Below, one piece after another: positions 28,152 to 36,536 of a DNA stretch of 64,000 bases. The position numbers and the translations under genes are program-made. The notes under the pieces were generated by a model. It was given only the letters and a program-made list of their open reading frames with translations. It did not search any database and had not been told where the DNA came from. Within the stretch, counting starts at the first letter, position 1. The number at the start of each line of letters is the position of its first letter. This DNA is from Xanthobacteraceae bacterium (GTDB lineage: Bacteria > Pseudomonadota > Alphaproteobacteria > Rhizobiales > Xanthobacteraceae): contig DASTKH010000041.1 of assembly GCA_035716025.1 (NCBI GenBank), positions 177,426 to 241,425 of the forward strand, in the 5' to 3' direction.

Positions 28152-29167
28152 AACGTCTTCGCGTCCTGGTCCTGCACCATCCCGATCTCAAGCCGCCCGA
28201 TTCGCTCAAGGGTTATTCGGAGCGCGAGATTCACGTTTGGAAAACCGAATATGACGTCGTCTCGACCTTGCGCGAAAGCGGCCATGACGTGCGTTCCCTG
28301 GGCGTGCAGGACGCGCTGCGGCCGATCCGCGAGGAAGTCGAATCGTGGAAACCGGATGTCGTGTTCAACCTCCTCGAAGAGTTCCACGGCGAGACGGCCT
28401 TTGATCAGAACGTGGTCAGCTATCTCGAATTGCTGCGTGTGCCTTACACGGGCTGCAATCCGCGGGGCCTCATGCTCGCGCGCGGCAAGGATCTCTCCAA
28501 GAAACTCGTCGCCTATCACCGCATTCCGGTCCCGCGCTTTGCGGTCTTTCCGATGCGTCGGAAGGTGAAGCGGCCGGCTCGACTCGACTTTCCGCTCATC
28601 GTCAAGAGCGTGAGCAAGGACGCCTCGGAAGGCATCGCCCGTGCTTCGATCGTGCATTCCGACGAGAAGCTCGAGGAGCGGGTGCATTTCATCCACGAGC
28701 GGCTCGGCACGGCGGCGATCGCCGAACAATATATCGAGGGGCGCGAGCTTTATGTCGGCGTGCTGGGCAACACGCGGCTGCGCGTCTTTCCGGTCTGGGA
28801 GCTGGAGTTCGGCGACTCTCCCGAGGGCGCGGCGATTGCCACCCAGAAGGTCAAGCACGACACCGAGTACCAGGAGCGTCACGGCATCATGCAGGGGCCG
28901 GCAGAGGGCCTTTCGCCCGAGCTCGAAGCGCGTATCAAGCAGACCGCAAAGCGCATCTGCCGTACGCTCGAACTCGACGGTTATGCGCGCGTCGATTTTC
29001 GCCTGTCGCCGGACGGCATTCCGTATTTCCTCGAAGCCAATCCCAATCCCGAGATCGCCCGGAACGAGGAATATGCCTCGGCTGCCGAGTACGAGGGGCT
29101 TGAATATCCCGCGTTGCTTGACCGCATTCTTGCGCTCGCCCGCACCCGCGCGAGCAACGCGCTGTGA
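28148..29167 (+). CDS. ATP-grasp enzyme, D-alanine--D-alanine ligase-like family
   Basis: 339 aa with a pre-ATP-grasp N-domain (RVLVLHHPD...WKPDVVFNLLEEF). ATP-grasp elements are ARGKDLSKKLV, PLIVKSV...AS.GI, EQYIEGRELYVGVLG and RVDFRL...G.PYFLEANPNP. ATGA overlap with the upstream peptidase gene. Confidence 0.8.
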   Translation: MKRLRVLVLHHPDLKPPDSLKGYSEREIHVWKTEYDVVSTLRESGHDVRSLGVQDALRPIREEVESWKPDVVFNLLEEFHGETAFDQNVVSYLELLRVPYTGCNPRGLMLARGKDLSKKLVAYHRIPVPRFAVFPMRRKVKRPARLDFPLIVKSVSKDASEGIARASIVHSDEKLEERVHFIHERLGTAAIAEQYIEGRELYVGVLGNTRLRVFPVWELEFGDSPEGAAIATQKVKHDTEYQERHGIMQGPAEGLSPELEARIKQTAKRICRTLELDGYARVDFRLSPDGIPYFLEANPNPEIARNEEYASAAEYEGLEYPALLDRILALARTRASNAL

Positions 29168-29211
29168 CCAGTCTGCCGATCGGGGCAGGCGGAAGGGGAC
29201 CGCGGGCGGCC

Positions 29212-29430
29212 TCAGGCAGACGCGTCGTCTTCCTCTCGTGTGGGCTCAGCACCCTTGGCTTCGAAGCTCACCGCAGGGTCGCCTGGCGCGGGTTGCGTGA
29301 GCGCCGGCGGGTCGCTCGCCGGAAACGTCTGCTCCAAGGCGTCGTCGAGCAGGGCGTCGAGGTGGTCCTTGGTCGGCCGCGCGGCCGTTGTGGGTACGGA
29401 TGACCGTCGCCTGTCGCCTCGCCCGGGCAT
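29212..29430 (-). CDS. Small acidic hypothetical protein (72 aa) with a FPASDP motif
   Basis: AGGAGG lies 5 nt upstream of ATG 29430 on the minus strand. The translation is ...KDHLDALLDDALEQTFPASDPPALTQP.... Function unknown. Confidence 0.5.
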   Translation of the reverse strand: MPGRGDRRRSSVPTTAARPTKDHLDALLDDALEQTFPASDPPALTQPAPGDPAVSFEAKGAEPTREEDDASA

Positions 29431-29568
29431 GATCGCCTCCTGGCCTTGCACGCGGGGAAATGGCTCGCCTCCGCGAGATAGGCGCCGCATCGCAAAGCGC
29501 AATGGTCACCTGGCGGAATTAGCCCGCGCGAGCGGAAACGAGCGCGCGTCGCCCGTGCCAAGCGGCAC

Positions 29569-30750
29569 TCAGGCCGCTCTGCGGCCTGCAAGAAATTCGC
29601 CCATCCGATCGAGCGCCTTGCGGATGTTCTCGGTGGAATTGGCGTAGGAGAGGCGCAGATAGCCTTCGCCCAGCACGCCGAAGTCCGGCCCGCCGATCAC
29701 CGCGACCCCGGCCTCTTCGAGAAGCGAAGAGGCAAGCGCCTTCGCCTTCCAGCCGGTCTGCTTGATGTTGGGGAAGGCGTAGAACGCCCCCTTCGGCGTC
29801 GCGCAGGAGAGTCCCGGCAGTTTGTTGAGACCGTCGACGACGACCTTGCGCCTCCGGTCGAACTCGGCGACCATTTTGTGCACCTCGTCCTGCGGTCCGT
29901 TGAGCGCGGCGAGCCCGGCATATTGGGCGGCCGCGTTGACGCAGGAATGCAGGTTGACTGCGAGCTTGCGCGCGTAGTCATAGAGCTTCCCCGGCCACAC
30001 CGCATAGCCGAGGCGCCAGCCGGTCATCGCGTAGGTTTTCGACCACCCGTTGAGAAGGATGGTGCGGTCGCGGATCGATGGATAGGCGAGAAGACAGGTG
30101 TGGCATTCGCCGTCGTAAACCATATGGTCGTAGATTTCGTCCGACAGGATGGCGAGGTCCGGCCAATTCTCGAGTCCCGCCACCAGCTTGTCGATCTCGG
30201 CCTTCGGCGTCACCCCGCCGGTCGGATTTGCGGGAGAATTGAGGATCAGAAGCCGCGCCTGCGGCGTGACGAGCCTCAGGGTCTCTTCGGCCGAAAAGGC
30301 AAAGCCGTTTTCCTCGCGAATCGGCACCGGCACAGGGCGCGCGCCGGTGAACTCGATCATCGATCGGTAGATCGGGAAGCCGGGGTCCGGATAGAGGATG
30401 TCCGCGCCCGGCTCCCCGAACATGAGGATGGACATGAACATGGTGGGCTTGCCGCCGGGCATGATCATCACCGAATCGGGCGAGACCGAAAGGCCGAAGC
30501 GCCGGTGAAGATCGGCTGCGACCGCCTCGCGCAGCGGCTTGATGCCGACCGCCGGGGTATAGCCGTGGTGGCCGTCGCGGAGGGCCTTCACGGCGGCTTC
30601 GACGATGTGGTCGGGGGTTCGGAAGTCGGGCTGTCCGATTCCGAGATTGATGATGTCGCGGCCCTGCGAGGCGAGCTCCGTCGCGCGCGCGAGCACCGCG
30701 AAGGCGTTCTCCTCGCCGATACGGTCGAAGGCGGCGATGGTTTTCAGCAT
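29569..30750 (-). CDS. Pyridoxal-phosphate-dependent aminotransferase, class I (aspartate aminotransferase-like)
   Basis: 393 aa with INLGIGQPDF, NSPANPTG, and the PLP-lysine context NGWSKTYAMTGWRLGY. Confidence 0.88.
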   Translation of the reverse strand: MLKTIAAFDRIGEENAFAVLARATELASQGRDIINLGIGQPDFRTPDHIVEAAVKALRDGHHGYTPAVGIKPLREAVAADLHRRFGLSVSPDSVMIMPGGKPTMFMSILMFGEPGADILYPDPGFPIYRSMIEFTGARPVPVPIREENGFAFSAEETLRLVTPQARLLILNSPANPTGGVTPKAEIDKLVAGLENWPDLAILSDEIYDHMVYDGECHTCLLAYPSIRDRTILLNGWSKTYAMTGWRLGYAVWPGKLYDYARKLAVNLHSCVNAAAQYAGLAALNGPQDEVHKMVAEFDRRRKVVVDGLNKLPGLSCATPKGAFYAFPNIKQTGWKAKALASSLLEEAGVAVIGGPDFGVLGEGYLRLSYANSTENIRKALDRMGEFLAGRRAA

Positions 30751-30965
30751 GTTCGGTCTCCTCCGGGCTCCGGTTCAGCCATCGGACCCGCGCGGCACCC
30801 GCCATAAGGGTGATTCTGGCGCTCGCGCCCGGCTGGACCTATGTCCTATAAGGCCCGGGCTGCCGGCGATTTAGCGGGAAGCCTCGCGGAAAATCAATGA
30901 GATGCGCCAGGCGGGCCGCTTCCGGCGTTGCGCCCGCCGCGCAGCAGGCTATCTTGGAGCCCATT

Positions 30966-32285
30966 ATGGGCATGTGGATCGAGCTCGGCATTGTGTTCGG
31001 GCTCGTCATTCTGAACGGCTTTTTTGCGCTCGCCGAAATGGCGGTCGTCTCGTCACGCCGCGTGCGCCTGCAGCAGATGGCCGAAGGGGGCGACAGCGGA
31101 GCCGCGCGCGCGCTCGCGCTGGCGGAGAATCCGGGCCGCTTCCTGTCCTCGGTTCAGGTCGGCATCACCCTCATCAGCATCGTGTCCGGCGCCTTCGGTG
31201 GGGCGACCTTGGCGGCCCGATTCGGCCCCGCGCTCGACACGGTCGGGTTCATCGCGCCATATGGCGAACGGGTCGCCTTCCTGCTGGTGGTCATTTTCAT
31301 TACCGCCCTGTCGGTCGTCGTCGGCGAGCTGGTGCCGAAGCGCATTGCCTTATCAAGTCCGGAAGCGATTGCCGCCTGGGCGGCGCGGCCGCTCGAGGTC
31401 GTTTCGGCCCTCGGCCGTCCGATGGTGTGGGCGTTCGAGGGCTCGACGGCGCTGCTGCTGCGCTTGCTCGGCGTGCCCGACCGGGCGAGCTCGGCCGTCA
31501 CGGAAGAAGAGGTGCGGTTCGCGATCGCGGAGGGAACCGAGGCGGGGGTCATCGACGAGGTCGAGGAGGAGATGATCCACGGCGTCCTCGAACTCGCCGA
31601 CAAGTCGGTCGAGTCGATCATGACGCCGCGTCCCGATGTGTATTGGATCGACCTTGACGACGATCCCGACGAAATCGCGCGCGACGTCGCCGAATGTCCT
31701 TATTCGCGCATCATCGTCGCACGCGACGGCGACATGAGCCATCCGCTCGGCGTGGTGCAGAAGAAGGATCTCGTCGACAGCCTCCTGAAGGGCCAGGGAA
31801 TTCGCCTGGAAGAGCATCTGCTGCAGCCATCGCACGTGCCGGAAGGCATTCCGGCGATGCGCATGTTGCAGATTTTCCGTACAACCCCGCTGCATGTCGC
31901 CTTCGTGTTTGACGAATACGGGGATTTTCAGGGCATCGTGACCTTGACCGACGTCATGCGCGCGGTGGCAGGCGAGCTTCCCGAGGAAGCGCGCCCGGTC
32001 CCGCAGGAACTGCTCAAGCGTGAGGACGGCACGTGGCTGGTCGACGGCCGCGCCGCGATCGATGAAGTGCGGGAGACGCTCGGGCTGCGCATGGAGGTGA
32101 ACGGCGACTTCCATACCGCGGCGGGTCTTGCGCTCGAACGCCTTGCCCGCATTCCGCGCGAGGGCGAATCGTTCGAGCTCGACGGCTGGCGCGTCGAGGT
32201 CCTCGATATGGACGGCAACCGTATCGACAAGCTGTTGTTCGTCCCTCCCGAGCATTCTTCGGCCGTCGAGCAGCCGGCCGCCTGA
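30966..32285 (+). CDS. Hemolysin-family/CNNM protein (DUF21-CBS pair-CorC_HlyC)
   Basis: N-terminal DUF21 (NGFFALAEMAVVSSRR), a CBS pair region and a C-terminal CorC/HlyC transporter-associated domain. Confidence 0.85.
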   Translation: MGMWIELGIVFGLVILNGFFALAEMAVVSSRRVRLQQMAEGGDSGAARALALAENPGRFLSSVQVGITLISIVSGAFGGATLAARFGPALDTVGFIAPYGERVAFLLVVIFITALSVVVGELVPKRIALSSPEAIAAWAARPLEVVSALGRPMVWAFEGSTALLLRLLGVPDRASSAVTEEEVRFAIAEGTEAGVIDEVEEEMIHGVLELADKSVESIMTPRPDVYWIDLDDDPDEIARDVAECPYSRIIVARDGDMSHPLGVVQKKDLVDSLLKGQGIRLEEHLLQPSHVPEGIPAMRMLQIFRTTPLHVAFVFDEYGDFQGIVTLTDVMRAVAGELPEEARPVPQELLKREDGTWLVDGRAAIDEVRETLGLRMEVNGDFHTAAGLALERLARIPREGESFELDGWRVEVLDMDGNRIDKLLFVPPEHSSAVEQPAA

Positions 32286-32359
32286 CGGCGGCACGCCCCT
32301 CGCGGGCCACCGCGGGCAGGACCTCAAGGGCAGATGCGCCGCGTTGCGGGAGGTGCGGA

Positions 32360-33460
32360 TCAGTTGCCGAAGACGGCGATCCATCCATCGCGCGCCTTTT
32401 TCAGCTCGCTGTCCGACATGCCCTTCCAATCGATCTTGATGACTTTCATCGCGTCGATGTTCGGCGCGTAGTCGGGCAGCGGGCTTGCGAATCCCGAGCG
32501 GCCCGAAACCAGCGCCTCGCTCCCCGCAAGAATTCGCTGCCCTTCTTCGGAAAGGAGAAAGTCCACCCACAACTTTGCCGCATTGGGATGCGGCGCGGCT
32601 TTGAGGATGAACATCGCCTGGGCGAGCAAGACGACGCCTTCCTCCGGCAGGAGGAACTTCAGCTTTGCGCCTTTCTGATTGTACTGAAAAGCACGTGTGG
32701 GCATTCCCGAAAACGACATCAGGTCCTCACCGGTGACCAGCCGACCGGCAATCTGTTCCGACCGGACAAGAAATGACGGCTTCATCGCCGCAAGCTTCCG
32801 GAAAAAATCGGCCTCGAGCACAGATGACAGGCCGATATGGGTCGCCAGATACGTCGCCGACTTCGATGAATCGCCGACGCTGATGCGGCCATTGGGAACC
32901 GCGCCGAGCACATCCTTCCAAGAGCGTCCGGCGAACTTCAGATGTTCTTCGCTCCACATCGGCACCAGCAAATAGGAGCCGTTCACACCGAAATATCCCG
33001 GCTCCGCCACTCCGGCCTCAACCATGCGCGGGTAATGCACGAGCTCGGGCGAGTCGTAGGGCAGGATGTGACCCGCCCTGAGCAAGCCATACACCCAGGC
33101 CGTGCCGGCGCTTCCGACTACATCGATCCTGACCTGTCCGGCCTTGATCTCCTGCTCGACGCGGGTGATGACGGTCGCGGTGCCGGCCAGGGTGTGGTTC
33201 ACGCGAAACGTCGCCGGCAGTCCGTACCGTTTCAGAAACGCGGCGGTCAGCGCGTCTTTCGTGTGCGGCTGAATCACCGCGTCCCAATAGCTGACGCTTC
33301 CTTCCTGCTTCGCCGCCTCGATGACGGGCGCGAGCCGGGCGCGTTCCTGCGGTGAAGCGCGCTCGAGCGCCGGCGCCGTCTGCGCAAAGGCCTGCGAGGC
33401 CGACCCGGCAGCGAGCGAGAAAGCGGCCATGCCCACCGCAAGGTAACGCTGCATTGTCAT
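32360..33460 (-). CDS. Periplasmic ABC substrate-binding protein (FbpA/PotD-like), orphan
   Basis: Signal peptide MTMQRYLAVGMAAFSLAAGSASQAFAQ. GGAGG lies upstream of ATG 33460. The body is that of a solute-binding protein. No cognate permease or ATPase gene is adjacent. Confidence 0.8.
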   Translation of the reverse strand: MTMQRYLAVGMAAFSLAAGSASQAFAQTAPALERASPQERARLAPVIEAAKQEGSVSYWDAVIQPHTKDALTAAFLKRYGLPATFRVNHTLAGTATVITRVEQEIKAGQVRIDVVGSAGTAWVYGLLRAGHILPYDSPELVHYPRMVEAGVAEPGYFGVNGSYLLVPMWSEEHLKFAGRSWKDVLGAVPNGRISVGDSSKSATYLATHIGLSSVLEADFFRKLAAMKPSFLVRSEQIAGRLVTGEDLMSFSGMPTRAFQYNQKGAKLKFLLPEEGVVLLAQAMFILKAAPHPNAAKLWVDFLLSEEGQRILAGSEALVSGRSGFASPLPDYAPNIDAMKVIKIDWKGMSDSELKKARDGWIAVFGN

Positions 33461-33485
33461 GTGGAAATTCCTCCCCATTCGTATT

Positions 33486-33502
33486 GTCTCATAATATGAG
33501 AC
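33486..33502. promoter_or_regulatory. 17-bp perfect palindrome GTCTCAT-AAT-ATGAGAC, candidate IclR operator (SBP side)
   Basis: Perfect inverted repeat in the unusually AT-rich 172-bp divergent intergenic region. It ends 26 nt upstream of the SBP start codon. A second near-identical copy is at 33605. Confidence 0.6.
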
Positions 33503-33604
33503 ATACTTCTGCTGCCGAACCGACCTTATACTTGCGCAGCGTGCGTAGACAACCACGTTGAGCAATGATAATCAACAAAATCAGTAAGACTCGCGCGAGG
33601 ACTT

Positions 33605-33621
33605 GTCTCATATAATGAGAC
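33605..33621. promoter_or_regulatory. 17-bp perfect palindrome GTCTCAT-ATA-ATGAGAC, candidate IclR operator (autoregulatory side)
   Basis: Same 7-bp arms as the copy at 33486, and the flanking TT is also shared (TTGTCTCAT). It sits immediately upstream of, or overlapping, the earliest possible starts of the IclR gene. Confidence 0.6.
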
Positions 33622-33632
33622 GCAAACAGTCG

Positions 33633-34544
33633 ATGCACTTGGCCAGCCAGTCGTTCGGTGCGCCCAGGGAGGCGATGGAAGGCGCACGCAGTATCAAGCG
33701 CGCCATCGCCATTTTGCGAAGCTTGGCGTCGGGCGGACGTGCCCTGTCCGTCAGCGAGGTCGCACGTGCGGCCGGCCTCCATCGCGCGACGGCACACCGC
33801 ATTCTGCGCGTGCTGGTGGAGGAGGTGCTGGTCGAACAGGATCCGCAGTCGCGGCGCTACCAGCTCGGCAGTGAAATTTTCGCGCTCGGCGCGGCCATCG
33901 GCGCGCGGCGCGACCTCAAGGCCATCGCCCGCCCCTCGATGGAGCGACTCTGGGAGGAGACGGAAGACACCGTGTATCTCACGATTCGCAGCGGCTATGA
34001 CGGCCTCTGCCTGGACATGCTGGAGGGCTCGTTTCCCGAGCAGACTTTGAAACTGAGCGTCGGTGATCGCTGGCCGCTCGGCGTTGGTGCCTCAAACATG
34101 CCGTTGCTCGCGTTTCTGCCGGACGCAGAAGTCGCGGACATCATCACCCACAACGCGCCGCGACTGAAAGATTATGCGGAGTACGCGCCCGACCGCCTGC
34201 TGGCTCTGGTCGCGGAAACCCGCGCTCAGGGCTTCGCGGTGAAGATCAGCTACTGGTATCCGACGATGTGCGGCGTTGGAGTGCCGATCGTCAACCGCAG
34301 CGGCCGGCCGATTGCGGCCCTCTCGATTACCGCAACTCTGTCACGCATGCCGGCGGAGCGACGGGCTCTGCTTGCCGCTCTGCTGCGACGCGAAGCCGCC
34401 ATTGTCGCGCAACGTTGGGACGAGGCCCGTTCGGCGGTTGCCGACCGGGAAAGCTGGCGCTTTCGGAAGGACGAAGCCGGCATGGCGGCGCAAACCTCAT
34501 CGCGAGCGGGCTTGCGACGACGCCGCGCCGCAACAGGCGAATGA
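33633..34544 (+). CDS. IclR-family transcriptional regulator
   Basis: N-terminal wHTH (SIKRAIAILRSLASGGRALSVSEVARAAGLHRATAHRILRVL) and a C-terminal IclR effector domain. ATG 33633 is preferred because the track start at 33603 lies inside the palindrome. Confidence 0.85.
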   Translation: MHLASQSFGAPREAMEGARSIKRAIAILRSLASGGRALSVSEVARAAGLHRATAHRILRVLVEEVLVEQDPQSRRYQLGSEIFALGAAIGARRDLKAIARPSMERLWEETEDTVYLTIRSGYDGLCLDMLEGSFPEQTLKLSVGDRWPLGVGASNMPLLAFLPDAEVADIITHNAPRLKDYAEYAPDRLLALVAETRAQGFAVKISYWYPTMCGVGVPIVNRSGRPIAALSITATLSRMPAERRALLAALLRREAAIVAQRWDEARSAVADRESWRFRKDEAGMAAQTSSRAGLRRRRAATGE

Positions 34545-34582
34545 ACGGCGTTGGAGCCGAGCGGCAATCAGGAGGAATGCCA

Positions 34583-35629
34583 ATGAAATTCGGTTTGTTT
34601 GGCGGGGCGAGCGTCGGCCCGAGCGATATTGTCGGCGACAGCCATGCGTATCGCGACTATATTGATTATGTCTGCGAGGCCGAAGCGCTCGGATTTTGCA
34701 GTGTTTTCCTCGTCGAGCATCATTTCACCGGCATCAACCAAGTCTCGGCTTCGCTCGGCTTCCTGACCTATCTCGCGGCGAAGACGAGCCGCATCCGGCT
34801 CGGCACCGCGGTCGTCGTGCTGCCCTGGCATAACCCGGTGCTTCTGGCGGAACAGGCTGCGACACTCGATCTTTTGTCCGGCGGCCGCTTCGATTTCGGG
34901 ATCGGCCGCGGCTATCGGCACAACGAGTATTACGGCTTCGGAATCGACATGGGGGAGGGCGGCGAACGCTACGAGGAATGTCTCGAAGTGATCCGCAAAG
35001 CCTGGACGACGAAAGGGCGCTTTTCACACCACGGGAAGTACTGGCGGTTCAACGATATCATCGTGGAGCCGTCGCCGGTCCAAGAGCCGCATCCGCCGTT
35101 TTGGATCGGCGCCAACAGCCACGCCTCGATCCGCCGCGCGGGAGAATCCGGCTTCAATCTTCTGCTCGGGCAGCTTCCGTCGCTGGAGGAGGCTGCGGAA
35201 AACGTGCGCGTGTACCGCGAGGGGGTCGAGTCGCGAGGCCGGATATTCGATCCGCATTCGGTGGCGCTGTGCCGCGCTCTGCACGTCGTTCGGAACACGC
35301 GCGAACGGGAGGAAGCGTACGAAAAGCGGGCGAAGTTCCTGCTGGCGGCGGCCGCGCTCGCGGGTGGGGGCAGTCATTCGCACGTTCCGCTGCCGAATAC
35401 GCCGGAGGAAAATCGTGAGGCAATGGAGGCATCCGCGCTTATCGGCGATGCGGAGGAGATCATCGCGCGCCTCAAGCGACTGGAGGCCGGCGGTGTACGC
35501 CACGTTCTTTTAATGGACGTGAGCGGCTCACGCGAGGCGCTTCGAATTTTTGCGCGGGAGGTCATGCCAGCCTTTGCGGAGCCCTCCGAACTCGCCCAGA
35601 CTCGCGCCAGGGCTGCGCGGTCCGCCTGA
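34583..35629 (+). CDS. LLM-class (luciferase-like) flavin-dependent oxidoreductase
   Basis: MKFGLFGG...FLVEHHFTG...LGTAVVVLPWHNPVLLAEQAATLDLLSGGRFDFGIGRGY. GGAGGA ends 6 nt upstream of ATG 34583. Confidence 0.85.
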   Translation: MKFGLFGGASVGPSDIVGDSHAYRDYIDYVCEAEALGFCSVFLVEHHFTGINQVSASLGFLTYLAAKTSRIRLGTAVVVLPWHNPVLLAEQAATLDLLSGGRFDFGIGRGYRHNEYYGFGIDMGEGGERYEECLEVIRKAWTTKGRFSHHGKYWRFNDIIVEPSPVQEPHPPFWIGANSHASIRRAGESGFNLLLGQLPSLEEAAENVRVYREGVESRGRIFDPHSVALCRALHVVRNTREREEAYEKRAKFLLAAAALAGGGSHSHVPLPNTPEENREAMEASALIGDAEEIIARLKRLEAGGVRHVLLMDVSGSREALRIFAREVMPAFAEPSELAQTRARAARSA

Positions 35630-35660
35630 ACCGGATCGGCACTCGAAGGGAGGACAGTAA

Positions 35661-36476
35661 GTGACTGGCGAAGGCACCATCGAGAGCAACGGTGCGCGCA
35701 TCTTCTATCGCGCGGAAGGACCGGAAGGCGCGCCGTGGGTCGTGCTGTCGAATTCGCTCGCTGCCGACATGTCGATGTGGGATTTGCAGGTTCCGGCGCT
35801 GCGGCAATCGTACCGTGTGCTCCGCTATGACAATCGCGGACACGGCTGCTCCGGCGATGCACCTGGTCCCTACACGCTCGACATGCTACTCGACGACGCG
35901 CTCGGGTTGATCGCTGCGCTCGGTATCGAGCGCTATTGTTTCATTGGCCTTTCGCTCGGTGCGAAGCTTGCGCTCGCCGCGGCTCTTCGGCGTGCCCCGG
36001 GACTCGCCGGCATCGCCGTGTGCGACGGACAGGCCGATCCGGCGCCGCCCGCGGTTGCCGCCGAATGGGCGAAGCGGGCGGAAGCTGCCCAACGCGAGGG
36101 GATTGCATCGATCGTTCCATCCACAATCGAGCGTTGGGTGACGCGGTCCTTCGCGGCCGAGAACCCGCAGGAGGTGGCGCGCGTCCGCGCATTCATCGAG
36201 CGAACCCGCCCCGCCGCCTATGCGGCCTGCATTCGGGCGCTCGCGTCCGCTCCCCCGATGATGGACCGCTTGCGCGAGATCGCGTTGCCCGCCCTTTTCA
36301 TGACCGGCGCGCACGACCCTGCCGCGCCGCCGCTGCTTGTGCGTGACATGCAATCGCGCGTCGCAGGTTCGTGGTATGCCGAGATTCCCGGCACGGCGCA
36401 CTTGCCCAATCTGCAAGAGCCGCAAGCGTTCAACGACGTGCTGATGATCTTTCTCAAGCACGCCGTTAGACTCTGA
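35661..36476 (+). CDS. Alpha/beta hydrolase, 3-oxoadipate enol-lactonase-like
   Basis: GTG start. Nucleophile elbow GLSLG (FIGLSLGAKLA) and C-terminal GTAHLPNLQEPQAFN. Confidence 0.8.
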   Translation: MTGEGTIESNGARIFYRAEGPEGAPWVVLSNSLAADMSMWDLQVPALRQSYRVLRYDNRGHGCSGDAPGPYTLDMLLDDALGLIAALGIERYCFIGLSLGAKLALAAALRRAPGLAGIAVCDGQADPAPPAVAAEWAKRAEAAQREGIASIVPSTIERWVTRSFAAENPQEVARVRAFIERTRPAAYAACIRALASAPPMMDRLREIALPALFMTGAHDPAAPPLLVRDMQSRVAGSWYAEIPGTAHLPNLQEPQAFNDVLMIFLKHAVRL

Positions 36477-36536
36477 AACGAGAACGCCGGCCATCGTCGG
36501 ACCGGCGCGAACAGATGCGAACCAAGGGAGGATTCG

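Noticed and set aside
29431-29570. TGGCAC (sigma-54-like -24 element) and possible EcfG-type promoter elements upstream of the small FPASDP ORF.
   Set aside because: There is no TTGC at the -12 spacing after TGGCAC. There is no GGAAC at 16-17 nt from a CGTT. The spacing and sequence do not fit either consensus.
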